Of a stretch of 64,000 nucleotides of DNA, positions 38,207-48,136 are shown piece by piece. The translations under genes and the position numbers were made by a program. The DNA comes from Myxococcota bacterium. GTDB lineage: Bacteria > Myxococcota_A > UBA9160 > UBA6930. Location: positions 3,168,001 through 3,232,000 of the forward strand of contig OZ245002.1 in the NCBI GenBank assembly GCA_965223415.1. The letters run 5' to 3'. The stretch's first letter is position 1. Every line of letters starts with the position of its first letter. Under the pieces are notes generated by a model, which saw nothing but the letters and a program-made list of their open reading frames with translations, searched no databases and was not told the DNA's origin.

Positions 38207-40663
38207 CTAGGCGGCCTCCCTCAGCGCCTCGGCCGGCTGCCGCCGGCTCGCGCCTTCGGGACCGAAGGGCTTCAGGGTCAGCACCAGCGCCGGCATGAGC
38301 AGGAAATCGGCGATCAGCGCGATGACGATCGTCGTCGCCAGCAGGACGCCGAACATGGCCTGGCTCGCCAGCAACGAGAAGAGCAGCACGAGGAAGCCGC
38401 AGACCAGCGCGGTGGAGGTGATGATGAGCGCGCGGCCTACGTCCTGCATCGCCGCCAGGAGCGCCTGCTCGTAGTCGCCGCAGCGCCGGAACTCGTGGCG
38501 GTAGCGCGAGACCAGATGGATCGTGTCGTCCACGGCGATCCCGATCGCGATCGCGGCGATCGAGAGTTTGCTGTAGTCGAGTTCGATGCCGAGCCAGCCC
38601 ATGGCGCCCAGGGTGAGCGCTACCGGCGCCAGGTTCGGGACCATCGAGATCAGGCCGGTCCCGAGGGAGCGGAAGACGCCGACCATCATCAAGGCGATTA
38701 CGCCGAAGGCCATCAGGAAGCCCTGGATCTGGCTCGAGACGATGTAGCTGAGGAGCTTGAGCCAGAGCGCGCCGATGCCGGTCATGCTCACGCTCGCGGC
38801 GGCGAGAGGCTCCGCGGCGAGCGCTTCGTCGATCTTCGCCACCAGCTCCGCCGTGTCGCTGGTCATGGCGAGCTTCAGCCGCAGCTCGAGGCTCGCACGG
38901 CGGTAGTCGCTGGACACGTACTCCTCCGCCTGCTCGCCGCCGGACATCTCGTAGAGCAGGAGGTACTGGGCGACCAGCTCGCGGCTCTCGGGGAGCCGGT
39001 ACCAGGCCGGGTCGCCGTCGTGGAAGGCCTGGTTCAGGTCCTTCAGGACGTCCACGAGCGAGTAGCCCTTGCGGACGAGCCAGTCCTCCCGCTCGGCGAT
39101 CTGCTGGACGCGCTCCATCTCCCGGAGCACCGCCGGCTCCTTGATGCCCTCCGGCTCGCCGGAATCGAACAGGTAGATGACGTTGGTGACGCCGCCCATC
39201 ACCTCGTCGACCCGCAGGGTCGTGGCCTTCAGCGGGAGCCGGTCCGAGAAGTCGTTCAGCCAGTTCGAGTCGACGACGATCCGGGCCATGCCGGCGCCGG
39301 AGACGAGGAAGACCAGTGCCGAGGCCGCGAGGATGGCCCTGCGATGGCGCACGTCGAAGGCGGCGACGCCTGCCAGGACGCGCCGCAGGCGCTCGCCGCC
39401 CTTGTCCGTCCCCTCGGCCGGGGCCGGCCCCCGGGGCGTGCGCCGGCCGAAGGACAGCAGCGCCATCAGCAGGGTGAGCGACATGACGAAGGCCGCCAGC
39501 ACGCCGAAGGCGTTGTAGACACCGGAGTGGGCGATGCTCTTGATGGGCACGAAGCTCATCGAGGCGAAGCCCGCTGCCGTCGTGAGGCTCGTCAGCAGGC
39601 ACGGCGTCCCCACCAGGTAGAGCGTCTGCACCAGGGCCTCGCGCCGATCGCGCAGGGTCCGGAACCGCCCCCCGAACTCGGAGAGGACGTGCACCGAGTG
39701 GGCGACGCCGATGGCCGTGAGCAGGGTGGGCGCCTGGCCGAAGCTCATGTCGAGCTTCCAGCCGAGGAGCACCACGAAGGCGACCGTCAGGATCACGCTC
39801 ACCTGGACGACGACCAGCGGCGCCAGGGTGCCGACGAAGGAGCGGAAGAAGAAGAGCAGCAGCAGCCCGATGACCAGCGAGGTGATCAGGTCGAGGGTGG
39901 CGCTCTCTCCTCCGATGATCTCGTTGTACGCCGTGTTCAACGGGACGTCGCCGGAGTGGTGGAAGACGATGCCGGCGTACTCGGGCCGGGACAGGATCTT
40001 CTCGATGACCGCGTTCGTCGCCTGGGGGTAGAGGTTCGGCAGCGCGTCGCCGGCTTCCGGGTCGAGGCGGATCTCCTCCAGCGGATCCGTGCTGGAGCGG
40101 TCCATCTCGAGGATCAGTGCCCCGTGGGTCGCGTCCTCGCTCAGGATGCCGCCGACGAGCATCGGCTTGGCGAGGTAGGCCTCGCGCAGCGCGAGGAGCT
40201 CCTCCTGGGTCTCCGGGAAGTCGTCCTGGAGCTTGCGGATCTCGATGCCGTCACCGCTCCCGGTCGTGAGCTCCGCGTTGGTGAGGCTCTTCACCTCGTA
40301 GAGAAAGGGCACCTCATCCTCGAGGGCGCTGGTGAGGGCGTCGATCTTGCGCATCACCTCGAGGTTCCACGGGCCGTGGGGGATGCCCGGTGCCTCGTAG
40401 AGGACGTAGGAGACCTCGTCCGATCCGAAATCCTCCCGGTACTGCTCGTAGGCGAGGTAGGCCGGGTCGGCGGGATCGAAGTAGGCCTCGTAGCTGTTGT
40501 CGATGCGGGCGCGTCCCGCCAGCACCAAGGCGCAGGCCACGAGTGCCACCGACACGGCGAGCACGACCCAGCGATGATCGAAGCTCCAGCCGGCGATGGC
40601 GGCGAAGGCCCGGTTGAGGCGGGTGACGAGGTCGTGATCGGAACCGGGAGGCAGGGACCGCAT
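38207..40663 (-). CDS. MMPL/RND family transporter
   Basis: Two RND repeats; TSLTTAAGF, IAIGIAVDDTIH. Confidence 0.92.
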   Translation of the reverse strand: MRSLPPGSDHDLVTRLNRAFAAIAGWSFDHRWVVLAVSVALVACALVLAGRARIDNSYEAYFDPADPAYLAYEQYREDFGSDEVSYVLYEAPGIPHGPWNLEVMRKIDALTSALEDEVPFLYEVKSLTNAELTTGSGDGIEIRKLQDDFPETQEELLALREAYLAKPMLVGGILSEDATHGALILEMDRSSTDPLEEIRLDPEAGDALPNLYPQATNAVIEKILSRPEYAGIVFHHSGDVPLNTAYNEIIGGESATLDLITSLVIGLLLLFFFRSFVGTLAPLVVVQVSVILTVAFVVLLGWKLDMSFGQAPTLLTAIGVAHSVHVLSEFGGRFRTLRDRREALVQTLYLVGTPCLLTSLTTAAGFASMSFVPIKSIAHSGVYNAFGVLAAFVMSLTLLMALLSFGRRTPRGPAPAEGTDKGGERLRRVLAGVAAFDVRHRRAILAASALVFLVSGAGMARIVVDSNWLNDFSDRLPLKATTLRVDEVMGGVTNVIYLFDSGEPEGIKEPAVLREMERVQQIAEREDWLVRKGYSLVDVLKDLNQAFHDGDPAWYRLPESRELVAQYLLLYEMSGGEQAEEYVSSDYRRASLELRLKLAMTSDTAELVAKIDEALAAEPLAAASVSMTGIGALWLKLLSYIVSSQIQGFLMAFGVIALMMVGVFRSLGTGLISMVPNLAPVALTLGAMGWLGIELDYSKLSIAAIAIGIAVDDTIHLVSRYRHEFRRCGDYEQALLAAMQDVGRALIITSTALVCGFLVLLFSLLASQAMFGVLLATTIVIALIADFLLMPALVLTLKPFGPEGASRRQPAEALREAA

Positions 40664-40666
40664 GGC

Positions 40667-41512
40667 TCAGGCCGGAGCCTCTCCTTCGATCGTCACCCGG
40701 TGGATCGTACGGGGTGCGTCGCCGTAGTCGGCGATGGCGTAGTGGTGGGTCGCGCGGTTGTCCCAGACCGCGACGTCCCCCTGCTGCCAGCGCCAGCGGC
40801 ACTGGAACTCGGGCTGGTCCTGGTGCCGGAACAGGTAGGCCATCACCGCGTCCGCCTCGGCCGGCGGCAGGCCCTCGATGCGGGCGGTGAAGGTCGGGTT
40901 CACGAAGAGGATCTTCCTGCCGGTCACCGGGTGGGTGCGCACGACCGGGTGGGCGGCGCGGGGCAGGGCGCTCATGTCCGGCATCGCGCCGCCCGGCGCC
41001 TTCGCCTGCTGGGAGCGCTCCCGTACGACGTTGCGCACCGTTCCCTCCAGGTCGTGGACGGCCGAAAGGCCCTTCAGGTAGCTCTTCATGCGATCCGAGA
41101 GCGTGTCGTAGGCGGCGGTCATGTCGGCCCACATGGTGTCGCCGCCGAACTCGGGACACACCTTCATGTAGAGCACCGAGCCCATCGGCGGCTTGGGCGA
41201 GATGGAGACGTCGGAGTGCCAGAGGTTGGCGCGTCCGCCTTCCTGCCCGTCGAGGGCCACGATCTCCGGGTGGTCCGGGAGCGTCGGCAGGTACGCCGGA
41301 TGGTCCGTGAACACCGGGCCGAGCCCGGCGCTGAAGGCGATCTGCTGCTCGGGTGTCAGCTCCTGGCCCCGGAAGAAGATCACCTTGTGGGCGAAGAGCG
41401 CGTCCAGCACCGCTCCCGTCGTCGGCTCGTCAAGGGGCCGCGAGAGGTCGAGCCCGCGGATCTCGGCACCGAGGGCGCCGGCGACGGGGTGGACGTCGAA
41501 GGTCGTGCTCAC
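40667..41512 (-). CDS. TauD/TfdA Fe(II)/2-oxoglutarate dioxygenase
   Basis: WHSD, GGDT, HPVVRTHP, WDNRATHH. Confidence 0.93.
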   Translation of the reverse strand: MSTTFDVHPVAGALGAEIRGLDLSRPLDEPTTGAVLDALFAHKVIFFRGQELTPEQQIAFSAGLGPVFTDHPAYLPTLPDHPEIVALDGQEGGRANLWHSDVSISPKPPMGSVLYMKVCPEFGGDTMWADMTAAYDTLSDRMKSYLKGLSAVHDLEGTVRNVVRERSQQAKAPGGAMPDMSALPRAAHPVVRTHPVTGRKILFVNPTFTARIEGLPPAEADAVMAYLFRHQDQPEFQCRWRWQQGDVAVWDNRATHHYAIADYGDAPRTIHRVTIEGEAPA

Positions 41513-42114
41513 GGGGAGTCTCCTGTGCGGGGCGCCTCCAGGGCACCGGTCAAGAAGTCGAGTAGCGCACTCAGCTGCGCCCCGGGCTCGCCTTCCGCCG
41601 GCGGGTCGGCCAGGCTGCGCAGCATCACGTCGATGGCGAGGCCCAGGCGCAACTGGAGGACCGGCCGCGGCAGCTCCGGCAGCGCCCGCTCGAGGAGGGG
41701 CACCAGCCGCTCGACGCCGCCCGGAAAGCGGTCCACCACGTAGCGCGGGTCGAGGTCGCGATCCGCCTGGAGCCGCTGGACCAGCCGCAGGTAGCGGAGG
41801 CCCGCCTCCCCGCCTTCCGCCAGCAGCTCGGCCAGGGGCTGGGCGAGGGCGGTCAGGACGGCCCGGGCCGAGGGGGCATCACCGTCGTCGAGGGCGTCGA
41901 GCAGCTGTCGGCGGCGCTCCATCAGGGCGGGCATCTGGCGCTGGAGGAGCGCCTCGACCAGCGCCTGCTTGGACCCGAAGTGGTAGTGGAGCGCCGCGGG
42001 GGAGAGCCCCGCCTCGGCGTTGATCGACCGCAGGGACACACCTTCGAGCCCGTGCTCAGCGAAGCGCCGTTCGGCGGTGTCGAGCAGCTTCTCCCGGGTC
42101 GACGGTCGCGCCAC
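41509..42114 (-). CDS. TetR/AcrR regulator
   Basis: GVSLRSINAEAGLSPAALHYHFGSK. Confidence 0.92.
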   Translation of the reverse strand: MARPSTREKLLDTAERRFAEHGLEGVSLRSINAEAGLSPAALHYHFGSKQALVEALLQRQMPALMERRRQLLDALDDGDAPSARAVLTALAQPLAELLAEGGEAGLRYLRLVQRLQADRDLDPRYVVDRFPGGVERLVPLLERALPELPRPVLQLRLGLAIDVMLRSLADPPAEGEPGAQLSALLDFLTGALEAPRTGDSP

Positions 42115-42127
42115 GGCTTGCAGAGTA

Positions 42128-42158
42128 ACTTATCGTATGATTCAATCAATCGATAAGT
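42128..42158. promoter_or_regulatory. 31-bp palindromic operator
   Basis: ACTTATCG-TA-TGATT-C-AATCA-AT-CGATAAGT between divergent operons. Confidence 0.7.
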
Positions 42159-42172
42159 CGAGGAGTGAACCC

Positions 42173-43789
42173 ATGAGATCCCCTCTGCGCTCCGCCGGGC
42201 GCGTCCTGGGCGCCTGCCTGGGCGTGGCGCTGCTCCAGGTGGGCCCGGTCCGAGCTGCCGAGCGACCCCCTCGCAACCCCTTCCTGGCCGACTCGGTCTA
42301 CCCCCTCGGCCACGGGGATCCGGGCCAGCAGGATGCGCTGCCGGTCCCCGGCCCCGAGGCCCCCGGGCCCGCTCTCGCGCCCGGCGAGATCGATTACGCC
42401 CATGTCGGGCCGGCCCACTTCGGTGCCTACACGTCGAGCGCCTACCCGGACGGGCGCCGGGTCATCTGGAGCAACGGAGTCGACCGCATCGTCAAGGTCG
42501 ACTTCGATTCCTTCGAGGTGCTGGCCACCTACTGGGTCCCGGGCGCCGAGCGCTTCGACGAGGCCCAGGCCGATGCGTCGATCGCCGCCTTCGACGCCTC
42601 GAATCAGGGGTTCTTCGCCATCCTCCGCGCCTTTCGCGAGGCCTCGAAGCTGCGCGACCTGTCGAGCGTCTACACGACCCTCGGGGCCGACAACACCTAC
42701 TACGTGGCCGACAAGGACGGCACCATCACCGCCTACGGGGACGCGGATCCCGGGGACCCGGCTTCGGCGATCGTCGTGAGGCGGACCGTTCGACTCCCCG
42801 ATGAGGTCACCGGCCTGACCGTCGGCATGAACATGACCTTCGACGGCTGGCTGATCGTGCCCACCGAGCACGGCCACGTGGTTGCGATCTCCCGCGACTT
42901 CTCCGAACGCCGCGTGGTCCGTCTGCGTCACAGCGAGGGCGCCGAGGAGAAGGCGACGCGTCCCACCGGCTACGGCTGGGTGCGCAACGGCGTCGCGATC
43001 GACGAGGACGGCGGTCTCTACATCGCCTCCCAGGAGCACATGCACAAGGTCGTGTGGAACGGCGACACCTTGTCGACGGATCCCGCCGACGGCGCCTGGA
43101 CCGCGCGCTACCTGAACGGCTGGGGGCACGGCACGGGGGCGACGCCCAGTCTGATGGGCTTCGGAGGCGAGGACCGCTTCGTCGTGATCACCGACGGCGA
43201 GCCGCTGATGAACGTCGTGCTGTTCTGGCGCGACGCGATTCCCTCCGACTGGCGGGGGGTGCCCGGCGCGCCCGATCGCCGCATCGCCGGCATGCAGCCC
43301 GCCGACATGGGGGACCCTGAGCTGCAGGAGATCCAGTCGGAGCAGTCGGTCGTCGTCGCAGGCTACGGTGCCCTCGTGGTGAACAACGTGCCCCGGGGCG
43401 TGCCGTGGTATCTCCCCCGCCCGGCCGCCACGCTCCTGATCAGCTTTCTCGGCAGCGAGACGCTCTACCAGCCCTACGGCGTCCAGAAGTTCGCGTGGGA
43501 TCCGGCCCGTCGAACGTTTCGGCAGGCCTGGGTCGCCCGCGACGTGAGCTCGCCGAGCTGCGTTCCCGTCGTCAGCTATCCGAGCGACCGCGTCTACCTG
43601 ATCGGCGCTCGGCAAGACCGCTGGACGCTCGAGGCGCTGGACTGGAGCACCGGCGCATCGGCCTTCCACAGCGTGATCGGCGGCCAGCGCTACAACCCGC
43701 TCTTCTCGGGCACGCTGATCGACGAGGCCGGGCGCATCCACTACGGCACGCCCTGGGGTCGCGTCCGGCTGGCCCCCGAGGTGCCGTGA
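42173..43789 (+). CDS. Secreted hypothetical protein (probable beta-propeller), paralog A
   Basis: SD AGGAG; signal peptide; shares blocks with 44684..46249. Confidence 0.75.
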   Translation: MRSPLRSAGRVLGACLGVALLQVGPVRAAERPPRNPFLADSVYPLGHGDPGQQDALPVPGPEAPGPALAPGEIDYAHVGPAHFGAYTSSAYPDGRRVIWSNGVDRIVKVDFDSFEVLATYWVPGAERFDEAQADASIAAFDASNQGFFAILRAFREASKLRDLSSVYTTLGADNTYYVADKDGTITAYGDADPGDPASAIVVRRTVRLPDEVTGLTVGMNMTFDGWLIVPTEHGHVVAISRDFSERRVVRLRHSEGAEEKATRPTGYGWVRNGVAIDEDGGLYIASQEHMHKVVWNGDTLSTDPADGAWTARYLNGWGHGTGATPSLMGFGGEDRFVVITDGEPLMNVVLFWRDAIPSDWRGVPGAPDRRIAGMQPADMGDPELQEIQSEQSVVVAGYGALVVNNVPRGVPWYLPRPAATLLISFLGSETLYQPYGVQKFAWDPARRTFRQAWVARDVSSPSCVPVVSYPSDRVYLIGARQDRWTLEALDWSTGASAFHSVIGGQRYNPLFSGTLIDEAGRIHYGTPWGRVRLAPEVP

Positions 43790-43871
43790 CGTGTTCGCCA
43801 AGGAGAACCCTTCAGCCAAGCGATGATTTCCCGGCTGTGCGCCTGCAGCGGGCATTCCGGAGGAGGACCCC

Positions 43872-44687
43872 ATGACCGAACCCACGCCCTGTGCGCTCGT
43901 GACCGGCGCCGGCCGGGGCCTCGGCCGCGCCATCGCCGAGGCCTTCCGGGCTCGGGGCTACCGCGTCGTGGCCACCGACCATGACGAGACGCTCCTGAAG
44001 GACCTGGAGGGCCAGGAGGGCTACCTGACCGCGCAGCACGATGTGAGCGACACGGACGACGCAGCGGCCGTCGCCGACCTCATCCGCGAGCGCTGCAGGA
44101 GGCTGGACGTCGTGGTCAACAACGCGGGAATCAACCCCTTCTATCCCGTGTGCGAGGCGCCGCCCGAGCGCACGATCCAGGGGTTCAGAGTCAATTCCTT
44201 CGGCGCCCTGATCGTCACCCAGGCCTGCCTCGACCTCCTGATCGCGAGCCGGGGACGCGTCGTCAACATCGCCAGCGAGTCGTCGCCCTTCCGCCCGCCC
44301 TTCCAGATCTACCAGTCCACGAAAACGGCCCTCGAGTGCCTGTCCGACGTGATGCGGCGGGAGCTGCAGCTCCTGGGCGTGCACGTGGCCATCATTCGCC
44401 CTGGCGCGATCCAGACCGAGCTGATCGAGGGCACGAAGAAGGTGGAGATCGACCTCCCGGGCAGCCGCTTCGAGCCCTTCTTCCCGAAGCTCCGGGAGCT
44501 CGTGACCAGCAACCTGCCGAAGAAGCTGTCGAAGCCGTCGGAGGTGGCCGCCGTCGTCGTCCGAGCGGCCACCGACCCGAGGAAGAAGGCCCTCTACCGC
44601 GTCAACAACGATCCGAAGCAGCGACTGATCGCCCTCCTGCCGAAGGGCATGGCGGACCGGCTGATTCTGCGGGGGTTCCGATCGTGA
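43872..44687 (+). CDS. SDR oxidoreductase (17beta-HSD/RDH-like)
   Basis: TGAGRGLG, NNAG, YQSTK. Confidence 0.9.
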   Translation: MTEPTPCALVTGAGRGLGRAIAEAFRARGYRVVATDHDETLLKDLEGQEGYLTAQHDVSDTDDAAAVADLIRERCRRLDVVVNNAGINPFYPVCEAPPERTIQGFRVNSFGALIVTQACLDLLIASRGRVVNIASESSPFRPPFQIYQSTKTALECLSDVMRRELQLLGVHVAIIRPGAIQTELIEGTKKVEIDLPGSRFEPFFPKLRELVTSNLPKKLSKPSEVAAVVVRAATDPRKKALYRVNNDPKQRLIALLPKGMADRLILRGFRS

Positions 44688-46249
44688 GCCTCCCCCCCGC
44701 ACTCCTCCTCCTCGCCGCCGCCGCGGCGCTGCCCGCTCCGAACCCGTGGGCCGCCGATGGGCCGTACCCGATGTCTCACCACAACCCGGCGCAAACCGAC
44801 ACATCGGTCGTGGAAGGCCCGACCAAGGGCAAGGTGCTCACGAGGGCCGACGCGAAGACCGTACCTGTCAGCTGGTGCTCGGCGCCGATCGTCAAGAAGG
44901 TGGGCGAACACACGACGGTGATCGCCGGGACGCCGCATGGCCTGGCGAAGATCGACGCCACCGGCGAAGCCTTCGACCTGGTCGGGTTCATGCCGTACCC
45001 CGGACTGGAGGACGAGCACACCGACGTCAGCCACGAGGACATCGCACACCACATGGAGCGCATCGACGCGAAGCGCCGCAAGAAGCACGACCTGCGGCTC
45101 TTGCTCCGCTCGGTGTGGATGCTCTTCGGCCTCGAGATGGTTCCCAACCTCGGCTCCGGCGCCTACGGGGTGATCGACCGCGACGGCTACCACTACACGT
45201 TCTACGACATGACGCGGCTCGTGAAGTCCTTCGACGGGAATGGCCGCACGGCGCCACTCTCGCCCGTCGCCCACGTCGACGTGCGGGAGGGGCTTCCGCC
45301 GGCGGAGGCGGAGGGCATCGATCGCGTCATGGGAATCACCCTGACCTATGACGGTCACCTGGCGGCGGCAGCGGCTGGAGCGCTCTTCGTCTTCGACCGC
45401 GACCTCCAGCGCAAGGACCATGTGCTCTTCCCGGGCGAGCACGTCGAGAACTCGATCGCCGCCGACGAGGACGCGATCTACGTTGTCACCTCGAAGCGCA
45501 TGCACAAGGTGGTCTGGACGGGGGAGCGCCTCTCGCAAGACCCGGCCGACGGCGCCTGGTCGAGCCCCTACGACGTGATGCCGGAGGGCGAGGCCATCCG
45601 CCGCGGCGCGGCCTCCAACGGCTCCGGCACCACGCCTACGCTGATGGGCTTCGGCGAGGATGAGGACAAGCTCGTCGTGATCTCGGACGGCCATCCGGAG
45701 GGCGCTCGACTCGTTGCCTTCTGGCGCGACGAGGTGCCGGAGGGCTCCCAGCGCATCGCCGACCGCATCCGGATCCGCGTGAGTCCGATCACCGTCGAGG
45801 CCTCGCCCGCGGTCCACGGGTACGGGGTGATCGTCCTCAACTCGACCTACCCGGACTCGGCGCCGGCTCCGTTCCACATCCTCGGGAACGCGTTCCTCGC
45901 CGGAACGACGCGCGAGCCGCCGCTCGGGGCCCAGAAGTTCGAGTGGAATCCAGAGGCGAACCGCTTCGAGGAGCGCTGGTTCCTTCCCGAGATCGACAAC
46001 ACCGACTGGATGCCCCCGGCGATCTCGCCCCGGAACGGCCTGGCCTACGTCTCCACGAAGACGGACGGGCGCTACGAGTACCGCGCGATCGACTGGGAGA
46101 GCGGCGAGGAGGTGGCCCGCTGGCCCTTCCCGGACGACAGCGTCCTCTGGAACAATTGGGGCGGCATCACGACCCTCCTCGAGGATGGCGACCTGCTGCT
46201 CGGAGGGTTCTTCGCCGTGAAGCGCTACGACATCGGACACCTGCGATGA
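44684..46249 (+). CDS. Secreted hypothetical protein (probable beta-propeller), paralog B
   Basis: GTGA overlap; signal peptide; MHKVVW..DPADGAW, G.G.TP.LMGFG. Confidence 0.75.
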   Translation: MSLPPALLLLAAAAALPAPNPWAADGPYPMSHHNPAQTDTSVVEGPTKGKVLTRADAKTVPVSWCSAPIVKKVGEHTTVIAGTPHGLAKIDATGEAFDLVGFMPYPGLEDEHTDVSHEDIAHHMERIDAKRRKKHDLRLLLRSVWMLFGLEMVPNLGSGAYGVIDRDGYHYTFYDMTRLVKSFDGNGRTAPLSPVAHVDVREGLPPAEAEGIDRVMGITLTYDGHLAAAAAGALFVFDRDLQRKDHVLFPGEHVENSIAADEDAIYVVTSKRMHKVVWTGERLSQDPADGAWSSPYDVMPEGEAIRRGAASNGSGTTPTLMGFGEDEDKLVVISDGHPEGARLVAFWRDEVPEGSQRIADRIRIRVSPITVEASPAVHGYGVIVLNSTYPDSAPAPFHILGNAFLAGTTREPPLGAQKFEWNPEANRFEERWFLPEIDNTDWMPPAISPRNGLAYVSTKTDGRYEYRAIDWESGEEVARWPFPDDSVLWNNWGGITTLLEDGDLLLGGFFAVKRYDIGHLR

Positions 46250-47406
46250 CGCTCACCTACGACCCCCACGCGCCGGACCTCCAGCCCCGCCTCTACGAGA
46301 CCTACCGCCGGATGCGCGACGAAGCGCCCGTCCACTACTGCGCGCCGCGGGATCTCTTCGCGGTCAGCCGCTACGCGGACGTGGAGGCGGTGCTCCAGGA
46401 CCACGAGACGTTCCAGAACGGTGGCGTCGAGGAGTCGCGGCTGCTCCTGCCGATGATCGTCTACACCGACGGGCCGAGGCACCGGCAGCTGCGGGCGATC
46501 GTATCCCGGGCCTTCACGCCGCGGCGGGTCGCCGGCCTCGAGGACGGGATCCGCCACGCCACGCGCCGGCTGCTCGATGCGCTCCCGACGGGCGAGCCGG
46601 TGGACCTGCTGCATCGTTTCGCCGCCCAGCTGCCGAGCCTGGTGATCTGTCACCTGGTCGGCATCCCCGAGGACCGCCGCCAGACCTTCCTCGACTACAC
46701 GGACAAGCTGATCGCGACGGGCCCGAAGGGCCAGGACATCGCGGCCCCGGCGGCCGGCATCTACGGCGAGTTCCGACATCTGCTCGACCTGCGCCGGGCC
46801 GAGCGAAGCGACGACCTGATGAGCGCGCTGCTCGACGCGGAGGTGGACGGCGAGCGCCTCGGCGACGACGACCTGCTGGGCTTCTGCTTCAACCTGATCG
46901 TCGGCGGCACGGACACGACGATGAACCTGATCGGCAACGGCACCGTGCTGCTGGCCCAGCATCCCGAGCAGCGGCGCGCGTTGTCGGAGGATCCGTCACG
47001 CCTCCCCGGGGCGATCGAGGAGATGCTGCGCATCGAGTCGCCCACCCAGGCGCTCCCGCGTTGTCCGTCCCGCGACGTGGAGCTCCACGGCGTCGCGATC
47101 CCGAAGGGCGCCCGGGTCACGATCCTCTACGGCTCCGCGAACCACGACGAGCGGGTCTTCGCGGAGCCGGAGCGCTTCGACATCGGGCGGGTCGGGGTCC
47201 GCCACCTGGCCTTCGGGCTCGGCGCCCACCACTGCCTGGGTGCCAGCCTGGCCCGGCTCGAGGCTCGCGTGGCCTTCGAGGAGCTGCTCGGGCGCCACCC
47301 CGGCTACCGGGTGGTCGGGGAGCCCGGCTGGGTGCCCTCCCGCTGGGCCCGCTCCCACGACGCGATTCCGGTGCTGCTGGACGGGAGCGGCGAAACGCTC
47401 CGCTAG
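46246..47406 (+). CDS. Cytochrome P450
   Basis: GGTDTT, EEMLR, FGLGAHHCLG. Confidence 0.93.
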   Translation: MTLTYDPHAPDLQPRLYETYRRMRDEAPVHYCAPRDLFAVSRYADVEAVLQDHETFQNGGVEESRLLLPMIVYTDGPRHRQLRAIVSRAFTPRRVAGLEDGIRHATRRLLDALPTGEPVDLLHRFAAQLPSLVICHLVGIPEDRRQTFLDYTDKLIATGPKGQDIAAPAAGIYGEFRHLLDLRRAERSDDLMSALLDAEVDGERLGDDDLLGFCFNLIVGGTDTTMNLIGNGTVLLAQHPEQRRALSEDPSRLPGAIEEMLRIESPTQALPRCPSRDVELHGVAIPKGARVTILYGSANHDERVFAEPERFDIGRVGVRHLAFGLGAHHCLGASLARLEARVAFEELLGRHPGYRVVGEPGWVPSRWARSHDAIPVLLDGSGETLR

Positions 47407-47422
47407 CAGCCGCTCCCCGCGC

Positions 47423-48136
47423 TCACCACACGCCGGGCAGCAGCCGGTAGCGGGTGCGCTCGGCGAAGGCCACGTAGCCCGGCAGCTCCTCGTGCAGGGT
47501 GCGATCTTCCATGACCGTGCGGGCGAGGATCATCGCCGCCAGCAGGCCCCCCGGCACCAGGCCGAAGCGGGAGCCCAGCGCCACGGGCAGGGCCAGCACC
47601 AGGACGATCACCGCCACGTACATCGGGTGGCGAACGACCGCGTAGGGCCCGGTCGTGACGACCTCGTGGCCGTGCTCCTCGTCGACCTTCACCACGCGGA
47701 ACAGGTAGGGGTTCTCGCGCATCACCCGGGCGAGCAGCAGGAAGCACGGTACGTGCAGGGCGAGGGCCAGGACCTCGACCCAGACGGGGAACGGCTCGCT
47801 CCAGCCGAAGCGCACCACGTCCAGGCCCGGGACGACGAAGAGTGCGATGCCCACCGGGAAGGTCGCCAGCATCCACAGCTTGTCCCAGCCTTCCTGGTCC
47901 TCCTGGGCCGGCCGGGCGTCCATCCGTGCGGCGAGAAGCGCCGGATCGTTGCGCGCCAGCCACACCGTCATCAGGACGCCCCAGCCGAGCCACATCGCCA
48001 CCAGCACCCAGGCCTCCCACCACTGCCAGGTGCCCGCCGGCCACAGGAAGGCCAGTGGGAAGAGCGCCATGCGCACGCCGGCGCCGACCCACGCCTTCGC
48101 GCCGATCGGCTCGCTCGCCGGCACCGGCTCGCTCAC
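47423..48136 (-). CDS. Isoprenylcysteine carboxyl methyltransferase (ICMT/PEMT) family
   Basis: VVTTGPYAVVRHPMY, EDRTL..ELPGY..RYRLLPGVW. Confidence 0.88.
   Translation of the reverse strand: MSEPVPASEPIGAKAWVGAGVRMALFPLAFLWPAGTWQWWEAWVLVAMWLGWGVLMTVWLARNDPALLAARMDARPAQEDQEGWDKLWMLATFPVGIALFVVPGLDVVRFGWSEPFPVWVEVLALALHVPCFLLLARVMRENPYLFRVVKVDEEHGHEVVTTGPYAVVRHPMYVAVIVLVLALPVALGSRFGLVPGGLLAAMILARTVMEDRTLHEELPGYVAFAERTRYRLLPGVW

Noticed and set aside
37508..41743. 1411-aa plus-strand ORF
   Set aside because: Antisense shadow of the LolA-like/MMPL/TauD genes; no motifs; expected in high-GC DNA
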